Below are positions 8,774 through 16,188 of a stretch of DNA of 21,142 nucleotides, piece after piece (position 1 is the first letter of the stretch; every line of letters begins with the position of its first letter). This DNA is from an uncultured Deferribacteres bacterium (lineage in GTDB: Bacteria; Zhuqueibacterota; Zhuqueibacteria; Zhuqueibacterales; Geothermadaptataceae). Made by a program: the position numbers and the translations under genes. The stretch covers positions 1 through 21,142 of the forward strand of contig CAXHAT010000140.1 of NCBI GenBank assembly GCA_964014485.1, read 5' to 3'. Under the pieces are notes generated by a model. It saw only the letters and a program-made list of their open reading frames with translations. It searched no databases and was not told where the DNA came from.

Positions 8774-11086
8774 ATGAAAAAGACCCACATTTGGGGCGTC
8801 TTGCTCCTGCTGTTGCCAACGGTCAATCTGGCCCAGACAAAGGCTGTTTCGCAACAGGAGTACATGCGCTACATCCGCGCCACCGCGGATGAAGCCTGGG
8901 ACAATTTGGACGCTTCGCGTCAGCGATGGCGCGAAAATATCGATCTTGAGTGGGTCTTTGGCTACAATCCGCCCTCGAACGATCTCTATCTGGCGGCGCT
9001 AAACGTCAATATTTATGAAATCACCAAAGAATCCAAATACCTGGATCGCGCAAAAGCGCTGCTGCTGTATTTCGACGAATACCGAAAAGCCTACCCGGCC
9101 GATTTCCACAAGACGCAAGACCAATACGGTGACGAGCTGCCCGTCCTGCCGAACATTTTTTCGTTTGGCAAGTACATGCATGCTTATGGTAAGTTGAAAA
9201 AATACAACTATTTGACGGAATCGGAAGATCAGGAGATTCGGGAAGTTCATATTGCCCCCAGTGCGGATTATCTGGTGCGATTTCAGGAGTGGGGGGCGAT
9301 GAATCGCGCCATGCTGCGCGCCGAAGCTATGCTTTACGCGGCCAAGGTTGTACCGGATCACCCGAATCAGCCACGATGGAAAGTGATGGGTGAAGCCATT
9401 CTCAATGATAACTGGAACAAATGGGAGATCGAAGACGCCAGTGGTTACAACGCGATCTGGTTTTATTCTCTCCTGAGCTACACGAGCTACGTTCGGGAAG
9501 ATGAGAGTCTTTACAGTTCGCCCATTATGAACTATTATTTCGAGTATTTCTTGAAATTGATGAGTCCGGCTGGGATTGTGCCCGATTTCGGAGATGCGGA
9601 TTGGGGACACAGTTGGGTGCGGTATATTCCCTTTTTTGAAAAGGGGGGAGCCGTGTACAAAAAGCCGGAGTATCGCTGGGCGGCTGCACAGTACTTCCGC
9701 AAGTACCTCGAACCCATGCCGGAACGAAAAAGCATCTTCGCCGCGCTTTGTCTCTCAGACGCCTATTTGTGGGCGGATTTTACAGTTGAAGCCCGGGAAC
9801 CGACTGGCGGGAGCGAAGAGGTGCTGGAAGACATCGTCGGCAAGAAGTTCGTCTTTCGAGACGGCTTTGACGCGAACGACACCTATCTGCTCCACAACTA
9901 TCGCGATGAAGGGGACGGCGGCTGGCTGTATCGGGAGTATCTGCGAAACACCATCCCTGTTGAAGAAGAAAAGATGCATCATGGCCATGCAGACGAGAAT
10001 AGTATTGTGCTCCTCATGAAGAACAATTCTATCCTGCTGCATGATGGCGGCTATCGCGATTTTATGCCCAGTGGCCCGTACGGCCAGTTTCGAGCGGATT
10101 ATTTCCACAATCGCGTTTCGGTCAGGGATGGCAAAATTGCCCTTGGCCAGAAAGCCGGAGAGTGGCGTTACGCAACGCAAAAACAGGCGGCTGTGCCCGG
10201 CCAGTCCATGCTCGATTTTTTCCGGAATTCCGGCGCCTATCGTCAGGTGAGAACGCAAAAGATCGACTTTTTGACGCTGACGCACTTTGACATGTCACGG
10301 GCTCGGGTGATCGATGCGCACCTTGGCTATGAGGGAGATCGTATCATTACCTACATCAAGGACCTCGACTGGTTTGTGGTTTTCGACGGTCTCAAATTCA
10401 CAAAAGACACTTATCTGACGTTTGCAAATATCTGGCATACACGCAAAATCTACGATCAGGGCCCCGACTGGTATGTGACGGGTTACGATTCTTTAAGGCG
10501 CGTTGAGGTTGCAGGAGACGAGCGATTGCTGATTCATTTTCCCCATAAAGCCAGGTTGACGAGTGGTGTCGAACCGCTGAAGCGCTATTATCAGGATGAA
10601 AAAGCAATCTATCAGATGATTGGGCGGCACGGTTATCCAAACGATATGCAAGCCTTCGTGACCATTTTGGCGCCGATTTCCAAGAGTGCTTCACCGGAGA
10701 AGATCGTCGAAAGCGTCCGCTTGTTGGAGGTCGATGCATTTCCGGAAGCCGTCGGGGTTGAAATTCAGACAGCGGAAAAGAAATATGTCATCGGGGCGAA
10801 GTTGGATTTGCAAAAGGAACTCATCCGTGACTGGCGGCGACCGCAGTACAACTATGCTTCCGGAAAAACGCGCTACGGCGATTATGAAACCGACGCCTAT
10901 CACATGTTTGTGGTCGAGACGGCGCAGAAGATTCATTTTGCGATGTCAGGCGCGGTAAAGATCAAATACAAAGACCGGGTTTTGCACGAGCAGAAACCAG
11001 CCCAGTTCGGCCTCAACTTTGATGGCAGTCCGGACCTCCCCGGCACTGGAAAGTTGCGATACTGGGAAGAAGAAGTGAACAAATAG
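8774..11086 (+). CDS. Secreted heparinase II/III-like protein (divergent polysaccharide lyase-like)
   Basis: ATG 8774 after AAGGA gives signal peptide MKKTHIWGVLLLLLPTVNLA. Motifs EDASGY, VPDFGD, VFRDGF, HGHADENSI, LHDGGY and HNRV. Confidence 0.75.
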   Translation: MKKTHIWGVLLLLLPTVNLAQTKAVSQQEYMRYIRATADEAWDNLDASRQRWRENIDLEWVFGYNPPSNDLYLAALNVNIYEITKESKYLDRAKALLLYFDEYRKAYPADFHKTQDQYGDELPVLPNIFSFGKYMHAYGKLKKYNYLTESEDQEIREVHIAPSADYLVRFQEWGAMNRAMLRAEAMLYAAKVVPDHPNQPRWKVMGEAILNDNWNKWEIEDASGYNAIWFYSLLSYTSYVREDESLYSSPIMNYYFEYFLKLMSPAGIVPDFGDADWGHSWVRYIPFFEKGGAVYKKPEYRWAAAQYFRKYLEPMPERKSIFAALCLSDAYLWADFTVEAREPTGGSEEVLEDIVGKKFVFRDGFDANDTYLLHNYRDEGDGGWLYREYLRNTIPVEEEKMHHGHADENSIVLLMKNNSILLHDGGYRDFMPSGPYGQFRADYFHNRVSVRDGKIALGQKAGEWRYATQKQAAVPGQSMLDFFRNSGAYRQVRTQKIDFLTLTHFDMSRARVIDAHLGYEGDRIITYIKDLDWFVVFDGLKFTKDTYLTFANIWHTRKIYDQGPDWYVTGYDSLRRVEVAGDERLLIHFPHKARLTSGVEPLKRYYQDEKAIYQMIGRHGYPNDMQAFVTILAPISKSASPEKIVESVRLLEVDAFPEAVGVEIQTAEKKYVIGAKLDLQKELIRDWRRPQYNYASGKTRYGDYETDAYHMFVVETAQKIHFAMSGAVKIKYKDRVLHEQKPAQFGLNFDGSPDLPGTGKLRYWEEEVNK

Positions 11087-11099
11087 CCAAACGGTGAAT

Positions 11100-11894
11100 A
11101 TGAGAATCGGTTTTGTCACGGATGAAATCTCTCCGGATGTGCGCGAAGCAGTTGAAATTGGCGTCTCCTGGGGGATCAACGATTTTGAACTGCGAATGGT
11201 GGGCGACCGGCGCGTTCCCGATATCGATGAAGGGGCGAAGCAACTGCTCGTCGACCTGAAGCAACAATTCGGCATTCACTACACGGCGATCTCGCCCGGA
11301 ACCTTCAAATGCCCGATCGTGGACAGGGCCCAGGTCGAAAAAGAACTGCAACACACGCTGCCGGCTACCTTTGAACTTGCAAAAAAACTTGGCAGCAAGC
11401 TGGTGATCGTCTTTGGATTTATTCGGCATGCGGAAGCGCAACCTGAGGATCGCGAGCGCGTCCTGGCGGCTTTCCGGCAGACGGCGGAGATGGCCCAGGA
11501 ATATGATCTGACAGTCTGTGTCGAAAACGAGCCCGGGTTCTGGTGTGACAGCGGTGCGAACACAGCGGCGATTCTGGCGGAAATCAATCACCCCAATCTA
11601 CGCGCCAACTGGGATCCGGCAAACGGCGTCGGCACTGGCGAAGCGCCCTTCCCCGATGGCTACCGTTACATCAAACCGTGGATGGCCAATCTGCACATCA
11701 AGGACACGGAAAAAGGCGCATTGGTCGAGTGCGTCCGGGTTGGCGACGGTCTGGTAGACTGGCCGGGGCAGTTAAAGGCAGTTCAACAGGAGGGCTTGCT
11801 CGAGTGGGTGACAATTGAAACGCACTGCTTGCCTCTCGTTGACGCATCAAAACAAAATCTCCAAACCGTGAGAACATTACTCGGAAGTGACTAG
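11100..11894 (+). CDS. Sugar phosphate isomerase/epimerase (xylose-isomerase-like TIM barrel, AP_endonuc_2)
   Basis: Metal-ligand motifs VENEP, NWDPAN, LHIKD and TIETH; N-terminal TDEIS. Alternative GTG start at 11094. Confidence 0.88.
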   Translation: MRIGFVTDEISPDVREAVEIGVSWGINDFELRMVGDRRVPDIDEGAKQLLVDLKQQFGIHYTAISPGTFKCPIVDRAQVEKELQHTLPATFELAKKLGSKLVIVFGFIRHAEAQPEDRERVLAAFRQTAEMAQEYDLTVCVENEPGFWCDSGANTAAILAEINHPNLRANWDPANGVGTGEAPFPDGYRYIKPWMANLHIKDTEKGALVECVRVGDGLVDWPGQLKAVQQEGLLEWVTIETHCLPLVDASKQNLQTVRTLLGSD

Positions 11895-11895
11895 A

Positions 11896-13104
11896 ATGCA
11901 GAAAAACCAGGCACTTTACAAGCGCGCTTCTTCCTGCATGCCGTGGGGCACGCAAACCAATGCAAAACGGCTTCAGCCGGGTCTTGCGGACGTTATGCCC
12001 GCATTTATCGAGCGTGCAGCCGGGTGCAGGCTCTGGGATGTGGACGGGCGAGAGTTTATCGACTATCGCAGCGCGCTCGGGCCGATCATTTTGGGATATT
12101 GTCATCCGCAAGTCGATGCCGCTGTCCGAGAGCAGATGAAGAAGGGCGTCCTGTTTAGCATGGCAAGTCCGATTGAACTTCAGGCCGCGGAAGCCATCAT
12201 GGAAAACGTCCCCTGGCTGGAGCAAATTCGCTTCATGAAAACGGGCGCGGACGCCTGCACCTCCTGCGTTCGCCTAGCCCGGGCCTACACGGGGCGTGAA
12301 GATATTCTGACCTGCGGCTATCACGGTTATCACGACATTTTTGCCCTGAACTGGCCAAATCCTGGCGTACCAAATGCGATTAGAGAGACTGTTCACGAGG
12401 TGGCCTTCAATGATCTTGAAGCCGTGGATCGCATCTTCAACGATCATGGAGAGACCCTTGCGGCAGCGATCGTTGTGCCGGACGATTGGGGCGTTGAGCG
12501 CGGCGGCGCCTTCCTCAAGCGACTGCGCCAGCATTGCGATAAGGCGGGGACGCTGCTGGTTTTTGATGAGGTGCTGACCGGCTTTCGTCTGGGCCTGGCG
12601 GGTGCGCAGGAGTACTACGGAGTCACTCCGGATCTTGCAGCCTATGCAAAGGCCATGGCCAATGGCTATCCGGTTTCGGCCTTCGCGGGGAAGAGGGAGT
12701 TTATGAGCGTTCTGGAGGAGACGATCATCACGACCACTTACGCCGGCGAAACTTTATCGCTGGCGGCCTGCTGTGCTACGATGAAAATCATGCGTGAAGA
12801 GGGTGTTCAGCAGCATATCTTTGCCATGGGAAGGCGCTTGCGAGATGGATTTGACGAGATTCTAAGAGAATCTGGCTTACCCATCCAGGCCGCAGGCACC
12901 GCCCCCGTACCCTATTTGCACTTCTGCAGCGGCGACAAGCAGCAGGACCAAATCCTTAAAGACCGTCTTTTTTCATCGTTGTTCGAGCGCGGCGTCTTTC
13001 CCAACGATGTTTGGCTGATCAATCATGCACATCAGAACGCGGATATTGATCAAACTTTGGATATGTTTCGAAAGAGTGTGGCTTCGCTAGTATTACAACG
13101 TTAA
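11896..13104 (+). CDS. Class-III PLP-dependent aminotransferase (GSA-aminomutase-like)
   Basis: LWDVDGREFIDY, GPIILGY, YHGYHD, VFDEVLTGFR and PDLAAYAKAMANGYP (PLP lysine). ATG 11896 lies 1 nt after the upstream TAG; alternative GTG start at 11887. Confidence 0.9.
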   Translation: MQKNQALYKRASSCMPWGTQTNAKRLQPGLADVMPAFIERAAGCRLWDVDGREFIDYRSALGPIILGYCHPQVDAAVREQMKKGVLFSMASPIELQAAEAIMENVPWLEQIRFMKTGADACTSCVRLARAYTGREDILTCGYHGYHDIFALNWPNPGVPNAIRETVHEVAFNDLEAVDRIFNDHGETLAAAIVVPDDWGVERGGAFLKRLRQHCDKAGTLLVFDEVLTGFRLGLAGAQEYYGVTPDLAAYAKAMANGYPVSAFAGKREFMSVLEETIITTTYAGETLSLAACCATMKIMREEGVQQHIFAMGRRLRDGFDEILRESGLPIQAAGTAPVPYLHFCSGDKQQDQILKDRLFSSLFERGVFPNDVWLINHAHQNADIDQTLDMFRKSVASLVLQR

Positions 13105-13284
13105 GTCTGCCCTGGACGCCTCAAAAACACGCTGAAGCGTGGACTACAAACGACAGTATTTCCTCCTGCTCTGAGCGTAAAAGAAGCACTGTCGTTTGTA
13201 GTTCAGCCTTCAGGCTGTTTTTGGGCGACCCCGTTTTTCCGCGCTTGGCAACGTTCGGAGCGTGACTTAACGTTGTAATACTAG
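13087..13284. mobile_element. MITE with CTAG ends and perfect 21-bp IR, overlapping the aminotransferase 3' end
   Basis: CTAGTATTACAACGTTAAGTC (13087-13107) and GACTTAACGTTGTAATACTAG (13264-13284). CTAG, or its central TA, is the likely target duplication. Confidence 0.88.
13128..13217. repeat. GTAG-tagged REP doublet (REPIN), tags on the inside, 50-bp spacer
   Basis: Minus strand GTAG-TC-CACGCT-TC-AGCGTG (13128-13147); plus strand GTAG-TT-CAGCCT-TC-AGGCTG (13198-13217). The IR extends into the spacer (AAACGACAGT/ACTGTCGTTT). Confidence 0.85.
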
Positions 13285-13322
13285 GATCGTGAAACAAAAT
13301 CACTGGATGCAAGGAGACGAAA

Positions 13323-14939
13323 GTGATCTACTTTGACTGCTACGCAGCACTTGGCCGGAAAGCGGGAAAGGATCCGCTGGCGCCCTGGACGACGGAACAA
13401 ATGCTCGCAGACATGCAGCGATGTCGGATACATGGCGCGCTCGTTTATGCCCATCAGGCGCGGGAGACGCACCCGGAGGTTGGTAATCCGATTATCAGCG
13501 AGATTTGCCGGGAAAATGAACGTCTTTATCCGTGCTGGGTGACACTGCCGCATCAAATGGGCGAAGTCCTGCCGCCAAAGCAGTTTTTGCTGGAGATGGA
13601 AAAGCAGGACGTTCGCGCGCTCAAGATATTTCCACGTGAGTTTTGGCATCCGGTCGAGGAAACCACCCTGGGTGAACTACTGGGACTTTTACAGGAAACC
13701 CAGACGCTGCTGATCGTTGATCGCGGCGAATATGGCGATTATGTACAGATCGATTGGGAAGAAATCGACTGGATTTGCAAATCCTATCCTCGGCTTCCAC
13801 TGTTGTTGCACAGCGTCCGATGGGAGGCGACGCGCCGTCTGGCGCCTTTGCTTGAGCGCCGCCAGAACATCCATCTGGAGTTTTCGAACTATCAGGGAAA
13901 TCGCATGCTGGAGTTCTGGACGGAGAGAATCGGCGTCGAGCGCTTGTTGTTCGGCACAGAAGCGATGGAGAAGTGCCACGGCGCGGCACGGGCCTACGTC
14001 GACTATGCAGATTTGACCGAAGCACAAAAGCGCGCTGTGGCGGGAGAAAATCTCATGCGCCTTCTGAAAATTGAGACGCCGCCGCCAGCCTATCCGGAAT
14101 CTGATTCTGATGATCTGATCTTGAAGAAGGCGCTTGCAGGCCAGCCGATTGATGACATGACGGTCGTCGACGGGCATGCGCATATCGTGCAAAAAGGCGG
14201 TCGAGGCGCGAGTCGTGTCGCGATGAACCAGGCTGATGCGGAAGGGGTTGTCAAACGAAATCGCGCCCTTGGGGTGAACAAGACCTGCGTCAGTGCATGG
14301 ACGGCCATTTGGGGAGATTACAAGCTGGGAAATGAAGATACCATCGAAGCGATGAAGGATTTCCCCGGAGAAATACTGGGATATGCGGCGCTGGATCCAA
14401 ATTATGTCACCGATTGGGCCAGTGAGTGCGAGTATTACTATGAAAAGCACGGCTTCGTTGGTATGAAGCCATATCACCCGCGGATGCAGCGTCCCTACAA
14501 CGATCCGCTGTACGAACCCTGGTGGGCCTACGGGAACGATCACCATCTTATTGCTTTAATGCACCCTTCCGACAACTTTTTCGCTGAAATGGTCGATCTG
14601 GCGACGCGCTTTCCCAATGTTCAGTTTCTGCTGGCGCATTCAGGCTGGACCTGGAAGATTGCAAGAGACCACGTTGAGCTGGGCAAGCGCTTTCCAAACT
14701 GTTTTCTGGAAATTACCTTTACTGCGGTATTGAATGGCGTGATTGAATACCTGGTGCGGGAAGTTGGCTCGCAGCGCGTCGTCTATGGATCAGACGCGCC
14801 GATGCGCGATCCTTTCCCACAGTTTGGCTGGGTGGCTTATGCCGATATCTCAGAGGAAGAAAAGCGAGACGTCTTTGGCAGGAATATGGAGAAGATTTTG
14901 GCCACGGTCGAGCGCCATGCAAAGAAGAAGGGCTCGTAG
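13323..14939 (+). CDS. Amidohydrolase-family protein with two tandem Amidohydro_2-like TIM barrels
   Basis: GTG start after AAGGAG. Domain 1: FDCYAA...RLLFGTE...GENLMRLL. Domain 2: VDGHAH, GMKPYH, LMHP, LLAHSG, RVVYGSDAP, GRNMEKIL. Confidence 0.88.
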   Translation: MIYFDCYAALGRKAGKDPLAPWTTEQMLADMQRCRIHGALVYAHQARETHPEVGNPIISEICRENERLYPCWVTLPHQMGEVLPPKQFLLEMEKQDVRALKIFPREFWHPVEETTLGELLGLLQETQTLLIVDRGEYGDYVQIDWEEIDWICKSYPRLPLLLHSVRWEATRRLAPLLERRQNIHLEFSNYQGNRMLEFWTERIGVERLLFGTEAMEKCHGAARAYVDYADLTEAQKRAVAGENLMRLLKIETPPPAYPESDSDDLILKKALAGQPIDDMTVVDGHAHIVQKGGRGASRVAMNQADAEGVVKRNRALGVNKTCVSAWTAIWGDYKLGNEDTIEAMKDFPGEILGYAALDPNYVTDWASECEYYYEKHGFVGMKPYHPRMQRPYNDPLYEPWWAYGNDHHLIALMHPSDNFFAEMVDLATRFPNVQFLLAHSGWTWKIARDHVELGKRFPNCFLEITFTAVLNGVIEYLVREVGSQRVVYGSDAPMRDPFPQFGWVAYADISEEEKRDVFGRNMEKILATVERHAKKKGS

Positions 14940-15030
14940 CGCAGACGTCCTGTCTGCTTTTCAAGTTTTTCACGTCCTGCAAGTCCAGTTTTTGGAGTTC
15001 GGAAAGAGTCTGAAAGGCAGGCAGGACGCC

Positions 15031-15219
15031 CAATGTCACTAACTTTTCGTCTTTTTGAGTTCAGAAAAGCGCAAACAGCAGCTGCAACAAAGACAAGCTA
15101 AAGCTTGAACTACAAACGACTGTGCTTTTCTTATGCTCGGAGCAGAGGAACGCACGGTGGTTTGTAGTTCAAACTTCAGTTTGTTTGAGCGTAACCAGAG
15201 TAAAAAGTTAGTAACATTG
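15031..15219. mobile_element. MITE (189 bp) with 17-bp TIRs and 11-bp TSD, IS4-like signature
   Basis: CAATGTCACTAACTTTT (15031-15047) and AAAAGTTAGTAACATTG (15203-15219), 16/17. Exact direct repeat GGCAGGACGCC at 15020-15030 and 15220-15230. Confidence 0.88.
15094..15183. repeat. GTAG-tagged REP doublet (REPIN), inverted homologue of 13128-13217
   Basis: Minus strand GTAG-TT-CAAGCT-TT-AGCTTG (15094-15113); plus strand GTAG-TT-CAAACT-TC-AGTTTG (15164-15183). The 50-bp spacer aligns with the reverse complement of the 13148-13197 spacer. Confidence 0.85.
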
Positions 15220-15270
15220 GGCAGGACGCCTGCGATACGATTCAGCCAACTTTACGTTGTAGAACTGAAG

Positions 15271-16170
15271 TTAATCGTCTGCATTGCCAGCAGGCGCAAC
15301 TTCCATCGGATGCACTCCCGGCACCACTGAAAGTCTCTCTTTGTGCCAGTAATACTTAAACTGGTCTTCCTTCCAATTCTTGTAGATTTCTTCCCAACTG
15401 TATAACTGCATGTGCGGCCGCAAGGTGTCCCAGACAACTTCTGATTCGCTGCGCGGCTGATAGCGGTAATCGCAGGAAAGCCGAAAACGATCTTCCGTCG
15501 TATTCGACAGCGCTTTGTGCAAAGTCAGTGAATGAAACATGATGAAGTCGCCCACTTCGAATTCACTCGTGTGCCACTCAAGGGTGTCATCGTCCACATC
15601 AGTACACAGCCCGCCAGTGCCGGCCGCCTTGGTCGTTGGCAAAATGCCTCTGTGCTGGCTGCCAGGCGCCACGATGAGTCCCCCCAGTTCGAAAGGACAA
15701 TCCACAAGTGGAATCCAAACCGTGTGAAACGCCTGACTTCCCTGAATAAACACGTAATCCTGATGTGATGGCGTAGTCATTTTTGCCGAGCCTGGCAGGG
15801 TGATGCGCGAAATGTTGCGGGCATGTGGGAAAACGTCATCATCGAAGGCTTTTCTGAGCACATCTAAAATAGCAGGATCAAAAGCCAGCGCATGGAAAGA
15901 TTCCAGGAGCTGGAGGTCTTTGTAAACGTCTGTGAATTCGAAATAGCCTTCATAGGCGTCCTTGCGCCCGCGGCCCTCTTCGGGAGCCGAGCCCGGGACC
16001 GTCCAGCCGTGTTTATCGCAAATAATGAGAAACTCGTTCCTCAGATCAATGAGGCGTTTTTTATTCAGGAGGCCGCGAAAAAACAAATAGCCGAACTCTT
16101 GTAGACGTGCGCGCAGAACCGGTGGATCGTGCAGGACGTCTTGAGATTCAACAAATGGCGTATATGACAT
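15271..16170 (-). CDS. PhyH-family 2-oxoglutarate/Fe(II) dioxygenase (second copy)
   Basis: FGYLFFRGLL, TPSHQD (HxD), TVWIPL.D....GGL.VAPGSQH, FHSLTLHKALSN and RLSCDYRYQ. AAGGAG RBS. Confidence 0.9.
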   Translation of the reverse strand: MSYTPFVESQDVLHDPPVLRARLQEFGYLFFRGLLNKKRLIDLRNEFLIICDKHGWTVPGSAPEEGRGRKDAYEGYFEFTDVYKDLQLLESFHALAFDPAILDVLRKAFDDDVFPHARNISRITLPGSAKMTTPSHQDYVFIQGSQAFHTVWIPLVDCPFELGGLIVAPGSQHRGILPTTKAAGTGGLCTDVDDDTLEWHTSEFEVGDFIMFHSLTLHKALSNTTEDRFRLSCDYRYQPRSESEVVWDTLRPHMQLYSWEEIYKNWKEDQFKYYWHKERLSVVPGVHPMEVAPAGNADD

Positions 16171-16188
16171 CGTTTTTCTCCTTGTTTC

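Larger units (their letters stand above)
14934..15240. repeat. Outer GTAG-type REP doublet between convergent genes, right arm interrupted by a MITE; may act as a terminator
   Basis: Left arm TCGTAGCGCAGACGTCCTGTCTGCTTTTCA. Right arm, rebuilt after removing 15031-15230, reads TCGTATCGCAGGCGTCCTGCCTGCCTTTCA on the minus strand (26/30 identical). Confidence 0.8.

Noticed and set aside
11896..13104. Gene symbol hemL
   Set aside because: HemL-specific motifs are altered and the context is sugar metabolism.
13121..13312. 63-aa ORF in the MITE, and similar short ORFs at 15133-15330, 2021-2239 and 3324-3671
   Set aside because: They run through palindromic repeats, with no transposase motifs or convincing RBS.
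13689..14546. 285-aa minus-strand ORF
   Set aside because: Antisense to the motif-bearing amidohydrolase; a shadow ORF.
13087..15240. Possible CRISPR array or attC cassette array suggested by the repeated palindromes
   Set aside because: The repeats are inverted pairs, not regularly spaced direct repeats with unique spacers. No cas or integrase gene is present, and the GTAG tag plus TIR/TSD pattern fits REP/MITE better.
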